DNA from: Octopus vulgaris
Lineage: Eukaryota
Direction: 5' to 3'
Length of the DNA: 64,000 bases
NCBI GenBank assembly: GCA_951406725.2
Contig: OX597836.1
Location: 42,408,001 to 42,472,000 of the forward strand
Made by a program: the position numbers and the translations under genes. Below the pieces are notes generated by a model that was not told the origin of the DNA, made no database searches, and worked only from the letters and a program-made list of their open reading frames with translations. Of the stretch, positions 14,418 through 25,360 are shown piece after piece (within the stretch, counting starts at the first letter, position 1; every line of letters starts with the position of its first letter).

Positions 14418-17400
14418 GAGATAGAGAGAGAGAGGGAGAGAGAGTGGGAGAGAGAGAGAGAGTGGGAGGGAGAGAGATTCTCATCTGACTTGTACGACAT
14501 ACTTCAAGGCTTCCACATGATTTCCCCGCATATGGGCATTGTCTGCCATGCTATTGTACAGCAGCACCTGTCGGTACTGGATGTTTCTCGATTTAAATAC
14601 ATCCAAAGCCTTCTTGTAGTGCTCCATGGCTTCTTCGTATTCTCCATAACCTGTGGAAAACCCAAGGAAATATTCTGTGTTACAATGATGCCCAAAGTAA
14701 TAGCTACACAAACAACAACAGCAACAGCAACATCTACAAATAATAAAAAAGCAGCAGACAACATCACTGGCAATGGTAGCCTCAAACAGTAACTCAACAT
14801 TGTCAGAAATAACAGCTAAATTTCACTCAAATCACACTGAGTCATCTTACAAAAAGGAAGAGCACACTAGATGATGTAGTCCTAGATATACATAGCAAAT
14901 GATATGATCAGATAGAACACCTTCGATCAGAGGTCATTCTATCAAAACTGACCTGGAGGTCAGCAACAATAACAGCAGCAGCAACAACAACAACAGACCA
15001 ATAAGTATTAAAAATAAGTAATGGGTGTATATGCATTGTACAACAGCACAGTATCAACTGATAAGCCTTTCATATACCCAGTAGCGTATTATGATTTCAT
15101 AACGAGATATGGCGTCTCAACCAGTAATTAATAAACTTAATGACTCACATGTATTACATAGTGGTAATGTGATTCAAGTGTTAATTTGTATTCCATTGCC
15201 TTTTCAATATAGCATGGTGTGTTCAATTCACACAGCAGACAAATGATGTTTATCATCAATTATTCATTAAAAGGCTCCGACATGGTTGTGTGGTAAGAAC
15301 ATTCCTGCTCAACCAAAGGGTTCTGAGTTCTCCCCCACTGCATTACACTTTGGACAGGTGTCTTTTGCTATAACCTTAGGCTGGCCAAAGCCTTATGAGT
15401 GGATCTGGTGGAAAGAAACTGAAAAAAGCCCATCGTATATGTATACATATATACAAATACAAGTAAATAAATGAAGTTGAATGCAGATGCTATTCAAATT
15501 CTTTTACTATCGACATATGTTTCGAAGACAACATTGGTTTTATTCCAAAGGAATAAACGGTGTCAATTACAATCTTCTCATCAGGAAAGAAAGAGAACCT
15601 ATCTCAACATTTTCCATGTTAACAGTAAACAAAGGATAATTCATTCATCCATTTATATATACAAATATATATGTATATTTTTTCGTTTTTTAAAGCATTC
15701 ACTCATTACAAGATCCTTAGAGCACTGAAAACCTAAGAGTTACTAGAATAAAATGGACACCAGACAGAAGTCAATAGTTGAAGATGTACATTAGACTTAA
15801 AAGACTGAAGGACATATTAAAGCGGAAAAAAAGACTGTGGAAGGGAATTCCAAAGTTCAGAGGTGTGAGGGAAGAAACTGGTTCTGTAAAGGGCTTTACG
15901 GCGCGTAGGAGGTTGCACGGGATACTGATGGATGCAAGTCTGGTTGATCGGTGATAAGTTCTTGGAGGAGGAACTAGAGAAAAGAGCTCAGCTGAACAAT
16001 GTCTATGGAAATACTTATAGAAAAGGGACAAGGAAGACCCACATGATGACGATGAGAGAGTGAATCCAATTTAGAAGATAGATCAGGACCAATAGAATAT
16101 GAATACAGCATCGAATGCAGCCCAACAGAGTGAAACAATCTGCAGGAGCACCTGCCCATAAGTGAGAACAGTACTCAATGCATCTCTTATGATAAAAGGC
16201 AGATTTTCTCTGCCTCCCAAACCGTTCGTTTTTTATACAATTCTACAATATAGAATTTCTTCAATTGGAATTTACCTATCATTTTTCCAAGTAGAATCCA
16301 TTGGGTCATGGCATGTAATGTTTTTTCAATTTCACCCCCAATTAAGCAAAAATTCGAGAAAACTCAATATTTTATGATTTCCTCTTTCATTTCAAGTGCT
16401 TCACTCCTACCATTACCACTACACTTTCTCCTCCTTTCTCTTTGCAAGTGTGCAACAATTAAAGTAAAAGTATTTATATAAAAGGGATGAGCAATTAATA
16501 CTGGTCATCCTTTTTGCTACAAGAAGATCCACTATGGTCTTATATGCTACACCACTGGTTTTGAATTCATATTAATCAAATTAATATTCAATTTTTCACC
16601 CTTATTATGTGTGTGTGTATTAGCAATTCGTATAAAATTGCATCAATGACTTGAACTTGAATAAGTGGTTTGTTGTTATTATTATTACTGTTTGACTATT
16701 GTAATCACGTTTGTTGGTTCCTCGTTAGGGAAACGTTGTTGTGTTGCATTTGTTAAATAATTGTAAACCGTAACCCTCCCCCTTTCGGAGAAGGGGCTTT
16801 GGTTATTGTTTTAAAATTGGACGATGCAAGCTTATCATTTCGGATGAATGCACGATGGCCCACAGAGGTGCTCTTGAGGCACTAGATAGATCTCTCAGAG
16901 ACATCAAACACTCTTCAGCTCCCATGGGAGGCATAACAATTCTTCTTTCAGGGAACTTCCGACAAACACTTCCCGTTATTCCCAAAGGGACTAGAACTGA
17001 TGCAGTAAGTGCGTGTCTTAAGTCATCCACATTGTGGCCACTGGTGAAGACTCTCAAACTTCACACCAATATGCGTGCTCATATGCAACGTAATATCACA
17101 TCAGCAGCATTTTCTCACACCCTCCTTGCACTTGGCGAAGGCAAAATACCAGGGGATGAAAATGGTAATATTGCCATCGATTCCATTTGTACCATTGTAA
17201 AAACACCTTCTGATCTCAGAGATGCAGTGTTCCCAGATCTACAAGCTAATTATCAGAATATGGATTGGATTGGCCAAAGGGCTATTCTGGCCCCGAGGAA
17301 TAAAACTGTTCACCATATTAATGATGAAATGCTAAAACTCATTCCTGGAGATGTCTATGTATAAGTCTATTGATACAACTCCTGACCCAGAGGACGTCAT

Positions 17401-17646
17401 CAACTATCCAATAGAGGTACTCAATTCCTTTGAGCCCACTGAACTACCACCACGCATTCTCAAACTTAAAATTGGTGCCCTATAGAAATTTGGTTCCCCA
17501 AAAACAATGCAATGGCACATGTCTGATCGTTAAGTCCTTATCTCCCACCGTAAACTTATATCGATATTTGCCTGAATAATCATCATAATTCAGTGCAATC
17601 ATTAACAGTACTTTCAGCCCCGAGCATCGCCGGGCAATTCTGCTAG

Positions 17647-17689
<43 letters not shown>

Positions 17690-17690
17690 G

Positions 17691-17745
<55 letters not shown>

Positions 17746-18073
17746 AAATAACTATAAAGCATTTTTAGAGAGTTATAGCCAAAAAATGGAAAAAAAATGA
17801 TGGTAAATTTTTTTTTTAGTTAAAAAAGGTTGAGTTGCGTCCCCTAGACAGTCTATGGTTTGTGTTTCTGATTCTCGACCCCATGTCGAATTTATCGATT
17901 TTTTTCAGAACTGGGGGAACTTTTCAAAATTTTCTCTGCGTTAGTTTTGAATTATGACATTGGGCTATGTGTGTGTCAAGTTTCATCAGAATCGGTTGAA
18001 AGCCGTGGTCAGGGTGAGGGTACAAGCTAACAGACACACAGAAACACACACAGACAAACTGCCGTTTATATAT

Positions 18074-18121
<48 letters not shown>

Positions 18122-19089
18122 GTATGGATGGATGCATGCATGCATGCATGCATGCATATGTATATATATATATGCATATATATGTATATGGGTTATTCCA
18201 TATCAAATCATCCAGTTTCAGAAAAATTTCCCTGGTCACCCCCTCAGATCCCTCTGAAAAAATTCATACCAGCTCCTGCAGAATTAATATGATTCACATT
18301 TGTGTCTGACCTAAGTATGTTTTAAAATTATGACTTCTTTGGGCATGTGTTCAAGGTTATCAGACAAAGAAGGTTGCTCAAGGAGCTGCCTTCCAAATGT
18401 TTATGTACATACATATATAGGGATGGGAGCATGCATATATGGATATATGTATAGAATGTTAATAAAGTATAGAAAACATGCTTTATAAAACATACACGTA
18501 TTTTGGTAAATTACTGCTAGTATTACGTAATTGCTTTTAGAAACATTATATAATCTCGTAAACACCTCTTCAGTATTTAGCAAAATATACAAAGAATGGT
18601 GCTAAATGCTCAACATTCCTGTTAAGCATATTATCTACATCAGTGGAATGACAAAATCTACACACCATCGTCATATCATACCTGGTAAATCTGTCAATGA
18701 TACACCATATGCTATATTCATAAAAGCTTGTTCTTCTTCATTACCAAATAACAGGGAGTTTTGTAGACATGCTTGGAAAAACTGTCTTGAATCTCTAGGG
18801 TGACATAGCATCAGTATATCTGAGGCTTTTAATGTCATCTAAAAGACAAAGACAGTAACATGTGTTAATATTTTGTCTGTAGGGATAATGTGGTGAGCTG
18901 GCAGAACCATTAGCGCACTAAACAGAATGCTTGGTGGCATTTTGTCTGTCTTCGTGTTCTGAGTTCAAATCAATTTTCCTCTTCCCAGAAATTACTGGCC
19001 TTGTAGCAAAATTTGAAATCAACGTTATTATGAAAAATATTAATGATTTCAAATCTTTACTGCTGCAGGGAAATAATAATAATAATAAT

Positions 19090-19132
<43 letters not shown>

Positions 19133-22100
19133 TTAATAATCATAATAAAAAAAAAAATAATAATGATAATAATAATAATTCTTTCTACTACTTTTCCCTT
19201 TTTTGTCAGTGTTGATAACTTTAAGTTTCACATCAGATCGTTTGCAAGTCCTTGAGAATGCAGCATATACCTGACCTATTTCTTTTACTACCCACAAGGG
19301 GCTAAACACAGAGGGGACAAACAAGGACACACAAACGGATTAAGTCGATTACATTGACTCCAGTGCGTAACTGGTACTTGATTTATCGACCCCGAAAGAA
19401 TGAAAAGCAAAGTCGACCTCGGCGGAATTTGAACTCACAACGTAGCGGCAGAAGAAATACGTATTTCCTTACTACCCACAAGGGGCTAAACACAGAGAGG
19501 ACAAACAAGCTCAGACAAACGAATTAAGTCGATTACATCGACCTCAGTGCATAACTGGTACTTAACTTATCGACCCTGAAAGGACGAAAGGCAAAGTCGA
19601 CCTCAGCGGAATTTGAACTCAGAACGTAACGGCAGACGAAATATGGCTAAGCATTTCGTCCGGCGTGCTGACGTTTCTGCCAGCTCGCCACCTCATACCT
19701 GACAGCATATACCTGGCCATGGCTGAATACAGGTTCAGGTAAGAATAGCCCCATTTTATTAAAAGTCTTCAGTTGTGATTTACTGATAGCCACTCCATAT
19801 GACAGGCGAAAGGGGAACTGGTGAATGGCAAGTTTTGGATATGCATGCAAACTCTTATATGGACCTCCATGGGCCATATGGACCCCCATGGGCCATATGG
19901 CCCTCAATTGAGAACCAATGATAAAGATGTGGGAAGATATAACACAGGTTAAACGAAAACGCGACATATGAAAGACTGACTTACAACACAAGATAGAAGA
20001 CACGTTGTTAAGGACAAAATATCTTACCTCATAATAAACTCCATATGTCCTACCATCTGAGGGTGCTTCAATCCCTTTCTTCAAGATAAATGAAATATTT
20101 TCCCAGTTATTCTTCATTATTCCAAGTGCTTCATATATGAGGCCTTTATCATAAATATCTTGAGCCTTCATCAAACTTTTCCCGATAATGTTTGTATATT
20201 TGAGCTTTACCAAATCATTGCTGTGTACATTGTCAATCTGTTGCATAGAAAGTACACGTACTAATTCTTGTACTTGGAAATTCTGTAATTCTAAATCTGA
20301 ACTGATCAAACCTTGTTCAACAAGCGGCATCAGAACACGTATCATTGAAGCTGGTTGACTAGAAGAACCAGTCATATCAACAGCTTCCTCAATACCAAAT
20401 CTTCCAGGAAAATATGAAAGCACTTTGAGAGCTTCTTGCTGTTCGAGAGAGAGTTGAGAAAAGTACTTGTCCATTTCTTGTTTGATCTTACGTCTGTTAA
20501 TTGTACATTCGTCCAGCCAGTCATTGAGCTTGGTTTCATCACAAATCATTTTGTAGATATCATCAAAAGATAAATGATGATGAAACTGGGAGATTTTTTC
20601 TGCAAAGTAAATAAGAAGTCCTGGCAGGCTACAGGCATATCTGATGATGTTGTGTATTTGTTCTTTGTTCTCATCATCCGTCTCAATGTCTGAACAGCGA
20701 CCGAAAAGAAGCTGGGCATCTTTAATGGACAATGGACTCACTTTACACTTTCCAAACCTGATTCCATCAAACTGAAATGGTTCTCCACCACTTAAAATGA
20801 GAATGATTTTTAGATTTCTGTGCAGTGGAAAGCCATTGTCACAAAGCTCCTGGAAACCTGGAAGGAAGCTTTCTTGAATGTTCTGGAGATCATCAAAAAT
20901 ACAAATTTTCCATTTCGTGTTGGTGATAGTGGAACAATTGGTGAATGTATTGTACATGTTGGAAATATCAGACCAACTGCTATTATTAGAAATATGGATG
21001 TGTTTTATGTGGAGTCTTTCGGGGTTGATTTCATCCTTCAATTCTTGACAGACCTGACATATTAGAAACATAACATTAGAACAAGTTCAAAGGTTTCCAT
21101 AGATTCACTTATCAATTTATCGGTCTCTCAGTTTGTCTCTTTCTCTGTCTGACTTTATAATTCTCTCTCAATAACTGTCTCTTTGTCTATTCTTTTGTCT
21201 ATGCATTAGTTCAGGGTATCCTTTATATTCCTTTATATTCATCTTACAGTTTGTCTAAGTATATTTCTGGATAACAGTTTGTCACTTTGCCATTCAATCT
21301 CTTTAATTATCTTTAATTATCCAATGCTTTTTTACATGGCACCTTGCTTTTAAGATATCAATTCTTTGTGGTGGTGGTGGTGGTGGTGGTGGTGGTGATG
21401 GTGTCTTTAGGAGCAGGTGAGGCTGTGTGGTAAGTAGCTTGCTTCCCAGTAACAGTAGATGAAAGCAGGTCAATAAAAAGAGACTAATAGAATAAGTTTA
21501 AGAAAAAAAAGTACTAAGCCATACTTCCAGAATTTTTAAAGAAATTTGGGGATTTCAGCATGAAGTTCCCATGGGATACCTTCTGTTTTTTTACCTGAAG
21601 TTATTTGTTAATATATATATATATATATTTCTTTACTACCCACAAGGGGCTAAACACAGAGAAGACAAACAAGGACAGAGAAAGGGATCAAGTTGCTTCA
21701 TCTCTTTTAATATCCATCTCTTATTTCATCTCTCTCTCTCTCATTCTCTGTCTATCAATTAACTAGTCTCTACATATATTCTTCTACCCATCAATAACTT
21801 CATTTATCTCTCTGGCTATTTAACTCATCGTCATCGTCATCGTCATCATTTAACGCCCACTTGTGCCACATTAAAAGCACCTACTACATTCTGTGGATAT
21901 GATAATATATCTATAGGCACAGATAGAATGCCTTTCATTGAGTCTCAATCAGGGCTGGCCTGCAGCCAAACAAGAACCGGCACTGTCAAGCCAATCTACT
22001 AGAAAAAGCAGCCAAATCTCTCTCAAACTGCACCTCTTTTTTATAACATAGAACAGGATACATTCAACAATGTAGTCTTTCACACCTTTAAATAGACAGG

Positions 22101-22503
22101 ATGGTTACAAGAGAAATACCTTTGATCATAGGTCAACCACCAACTCACCAAACGGTACAAAGACTTCAGTGACTGCCATTGTATGGGATTGAACCAGAAA
22201 TGCTTTTCTCTTTAGTCAGTAACTTAACTGTAAAACCTCAAGGATCCCTAATAACCTACAGAAAGGCAAAATGCAATAAGGTTAACGTAAAAAGAAAAGA
22301 GAAAACAATAGTAAATTTCTTACAGTTTTCACAAGACTTGTTTTGCCAACATAAGGCAGTCCATAAACTTGTATTATTTGAGTATCTTCATCCTTGATCA
22401 AGATCTTCAGTTTTTCCCTCTCATCATGTCGTCCAACAAAGTGTCTGCCAGAATTGCCTTGCTGTCTCATGTAATTGGACGGTAATCGATATGGTGTTGC
22501 CAT
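4602..22503 (-). CDS. Copy A: 10-exon NB-ARC (STAND NTPase)-TPR gene, ~858 aa if intact; 1-bp deletion in exon 8 gives ~661 aa as assembled
   Basis: Ten GT-AG exons with compatible phases. Motifs: FVGR, Walker A GLPYVGKT, Walker B ICIFDD, RNBS-C-like [14 protein letters not shown]-like CSLPGLL, WHD LSYFP, MHD-position VQELVR, then TPR-like helices. Same structure in copy B. Confidence 0.85.
5285..5500 (-). mobile_element. RTE LINE 3' relic (also at 46715-46930)
   Basis: [18 protein letters not shown] peptide. Confidence 0.6.
6780..7661 (+). mobile_element. Mariner relic (copy A intron 9)
   Basis: TA-flanked TIRs TTGGGTCATCCCATAAA / TTTATGGGATGATCCAA; [16 protein letters not shown] motif. 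Confidence 0.85.
7906..8170 (-). CDS. Copy A exon 9 (TPR-like)
   Basis: TTCCAG acceptor (an alternative in-phase AG lies at 8153-8154), CAG|GTATG donor; HEISYSLTFFHEALDIYNQ...[19 protein letters not shown]. Confidence 0.82.
8218..8660. repeat. (GGT/GAT)n degenerate trinucleotide tract (shorter paralog at 49822-50040)
   Basis: Direct reading. Confidence 0.92.
10967..11077 (-). CDS. Copy A exon 8 (TPR-like), frameshifted
   Basis: TCCAG acceptor, AT|GTAAG donor; 111 nt vs 112 nt in copy B; base missing at ~11040 gives TGA at 10971-10973. Confidence 0.8.
11781..11924 (-). CDS. Copy A exon 7 (TPR-like)
   Basis: AACAG acceptor, A|GTAAG donor; [18 protein letters not shown]...[11 protein letters not shown]. 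Confidence 0.86.
12345..12458 (-). CDS. Copy A exon 6 (TPR-like)
   Basis: (TTC)n-TTTGCAG acceptor, A|GTAAG donor; [14 protein letters not shown]...[11 protein letters not shown]. Confidence 0.85.
13080..13298. mobile_element. Mariner-type MITE
   Basis: Inverted ends GAGGGGGTGCTGGAAAGTTCCTGGCTTT / AAAGCCAGGAACTTTCTCAGCATCCCCTC. Confidence 0.6.
14045..14154 (-). CDS. Copy A exon 5
   Basis: CTCAG acceptor, G|GTAAT donor; [36 protein letters not shown]; phases fit neighbouring exons. Confidence 0.82.
14503..14650 (-). CDS. Copy A exon 4 (TPR-like)
   Basis: CACAG acceptor, AA|GTATG donor; [19 protein letters not shown]...; 148 nt. Confidence 0.87.
15507..15589 (-). ncRNA. Type I hammerhead ribozyme motif (copy A intron 3, sense to the gene)
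   Basis: CTTTC-CTGATGA-GAAGA...TCTTC-GAAAC-ATAT-GTC-GATAG. Confidence 0.72.
15735..16185 (-). mobile_element. CR1/Jockey-like LINE 3' relic
   Basis: LDSLSHR..V..LSLFYKYFH..CS.EL.SLVP peptide across frames. Confidence 0.6.
16820..17646 (+). mobile_element. Helitron fragment with Pif1 helicase and intact 3' end
   Basis: IISDECTM, GNFRQTLPV, RAILAPRN motifs; hairpin 17617-17635 then CTAG|T at 17643-17646; 5' end not located. Confidence 0.88.
18682..18838 (-). CDS. Copy A exon 3
   Basis: TTTTAG acceptor, G|GTATG donor; [24 protein letters not shown]...; 157 nt, same length in copy B. Confidence 0.85.
19195..19830 (-). mobile_element. Helitron Pif1 C-terminal fragment split by a SINE dimer
   Basis: QFPFRLSYGVAISKSQ...PVFSHGQVYA then AFSR after the SINE; 13-bp TSD CAGCATATACCTG at 19261-19273 and 19703-19715. 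Confidence 0.8.
20028..21053 (-). CDS. Copy A exon 2 (NB-ARC core, HD1, WHD; 342 codons)
   Basis: CAG|GTC acceptor, GAG|GTAAG donor; [26 protein letters not shown]. Confidence 0.92.
22324..22503 (-). CDS. Copy A exon 1 (ATG to Walker A)
   Basis: TTTCAG acceptor 1 nt before the ATG; MATPY...HFVGR...[13 protein letters not shown]; GTAAG donor, phase 0. Confidence 0.88.
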
Positions 22504-23407
22504 ACTGAAATATGAAAAATTTACATTATAATTACACACACAAGAATATATATATATGTGTGTGTGTACATATATATATAAATAGGGGAAGAATTCACAA
22601 AAAAAAAAAAAATGAAGACAGGTGGTGTAGACAACAAACAGACATATTAGTATAATGCTCAGGAAATGAAAAAGTCTTTAACGTTTCGAGCCGACGCTCT
22701 TCTACAGAAAGGAACACAGAAAGAGACACGGTGAGAAAATAAAGAATGTGTAGTGGCTAGCACCAGGCTCCAGTCTTGATCTCGCAGTGTTTCTACAGCT
22801 GGATGCCCTTCCTAATGCCAACCACTCTGTGAGTGCAGTGGGTGCTTTTTATGTGCCACTGGCACAGGTGCCAGACGAGGCTGGCAACGGCCAGGATCGG
22901 TTGGTGCTTTTTACGTGCCACCGGTACGGAGGCCATTCGAGGCAGCGCTGGCAACAGCTACGTTCGGATGGTTCCTTTTACGTGCCACCGGCACTGGTAT
23001 CACAACTACAATTTCCATTGATTTTTGATCGATTTCGATTTCACTTGCCTCAACATGGTCTTCGCAAAGCAGAGTTTTGTGTCCCAAGAAGGAAGGTATG
23101 CATAAGTGGACTGGCTACATCCCAGGAAGAGGCCACGGGTTATGGTCTCACTTGTCCTGCCGGGTCTTCTCACACACAGCATACTTTCAAAGGTCTCGTG
23201 AAACTCAGAGTAATAGGTTTTGTTGAATTTTCCGCTGCTTTCAATAAAGCATATTACTCTACCACTGGTATTTGAGTACTCTTTTTCCACCTTGTTTCAC
23301 ATTTATGTGTTTACTCCGGTATATATAAGTATATATAAGTATATACATATATATATACATATATATATATGTGTGTGTGTGTGTGTATGTATGTATATAT
23401 ACATATG

Positions 23408-23470
<63 letters not shown>

Positions 23471-24624
23471 GTGTGTGTATGTGTGAATCACCATCATCAT
23501 TATCATCCTTTAAAAACTGTTTTCCATGCTGGTATGGGTTGGACGGCTTGACAGGAACTGGCAAGGCCATGGGCCACACAAGGTTCCATAGTCTGTTTTG
23601 GCTTAGTCTCTACAGCCTAACGCCCTTCCTAACACCAACCATTTTACAGAGTGGCACCACCACAAGTTCACCAGCACCCACACCAATGCTTTTTTACATG
23701 GCACTTTGGTTTTAAGATATCAATTCTTTGTGGAGGTGGTGGTGGTGGTGGTGTCTTTAGGAGCAGGTGAGGCTGTGTGGTAAGTAGCTTGCTTCCCAAT
23801 CACATGGTTCTGGGTTCAGTCCCACTGCATGGCACCTTGGGCAAGCATCTTCTACTTACAGTAGATGAAGCAGGTCAATAAAAAGAGACTAATAGAATAA
23901 GTTTAAGAATAAAAAGTACTAAGCCATACTTCCAGAATTTTTTTGAGAAATTTCAGGATTTCAGCATGAAGTTCCCATGGGATACCTTCTGTTTTTTTAC
24001 CTGAAGTTATTTGTTAATATATATATATATATTTCTTTACTACCCACAAGGGGCTGAACGCAGAGGGGACAGACAAGGACAGACAAAGGGATCAAGTCGA
24101 TTACATCGACCCCAGTGCGTAACTGGTACTTAATTTATCGACCCCCGAAAGGATAAAAGGCAAAGTCGACCTCGACAGAATTTGAACTCGGAACATAGCG
24201 ACAGACAGAATACGGCTATGCATTTCACCTGGCGTGCTAACGATTCTGCTAGCTCGCCGCCTTTTATTTGTTATTCATTAATAATATATAATCAACAACT
24301 TTACTAATATAGTGAAGAGGATTTGAAAATGCAGGGGTCTTTTAAAGATGTTTATTAACTTAACCAGTTTCACTTATTAAAAAAAAAAAAGATTTTCAAA
24401 AGTAAAATGCAAGACTTTGTGTAGCTTTTGTGGTGCTAAAAATTAATTAACAAAGATGGATTAAAATACAGTGAGATAGTCTTTGACAATGATGAGAAAA
24501 TGTAAAGAAATAGAATCTTTGACAATGATAAAGAGAGGCTTTGTGTTTAAACAGTTTACAAAAAAGTGTTCAAAATAGACAGTAATTATTTGGATTGTGG
24601 AAAGATATATAATGCTTATATCTG

Positions 24625-25360
24625 TTTCTTTACTACCCACAAGGGGCTAAACACAGAGGGGACAAACAAGGACAGACAGACTGATTAAGACGATTATATC
24701 GACCTCAGTGCGTAATTGGTACTTAATTTATCGACCCCAAAAGGATGAAAGGCAAAGTCGACCTCGACGGAATTTGAACTCAAACGAAATGCCTATTTCT
24801 TTACTACCCACAAGGGGCTAAACACAGAGGGGACAAACAAGGACAGACAAACGGATTAAGATGATTACATCGACCTCAGTGCGTAATTGGTACTTAATTT
24901 ATCGACCCTGAAACGATGAAAGGCAAAGTCGACCTCGACGGAATTTGAACTCAAACGAAATGCCTATTTCTTTACTACCCACAAGGGGCTAAACACAGAG
25001 GGGACAAACAAGGACAGAGTAACGGATTAAGATGATTACATCGACCTCAGTGCGTAATTGGTACTTAATTTATCGACCCTGAAAGGATGAAAGGCAAAGT
25101 CGACCTCGACGGAATTTGAACTCAAACGAAATGCCTATTTCTTTACTACCCACAAGGGGCTAAACACAGAGGGAACAAACAAGGACAGACAAACGGATTA
25201 AGATGATTACATCGACCCCAGTGCGTAATTGGTACTTAATTTATCGACCCTGAAAGGATGAAAGGCAAAGTCGACCTTGACGGAATTTGAACTCAGAACG
25301 TAACGGCAGACGAAATACGGCTACGCATTTCGTCCGACGTGCTAACGTGCTCGCAGCCTT
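24625..25360 (-). mobile_element. Tandem SINE tetramer (~171-bp period)
   Basis: Four head-to-tail units flanked by ATAAYGCTTATA direct repeats. Confidence 0.85.

Noticed and set aside
16855-17364. Host PIF1 helicase gene
   Set aside because: Intronless, frameshifted fragment ending in a Helitron hairpin-CTAG.
22672-22712. Hammerhead-like GAGC-GTCG-GCTC-GAAAC on the minus strand
   Set aside because: Core reads CTGTAGAA rather than CTGANGA; too degenerate to call.
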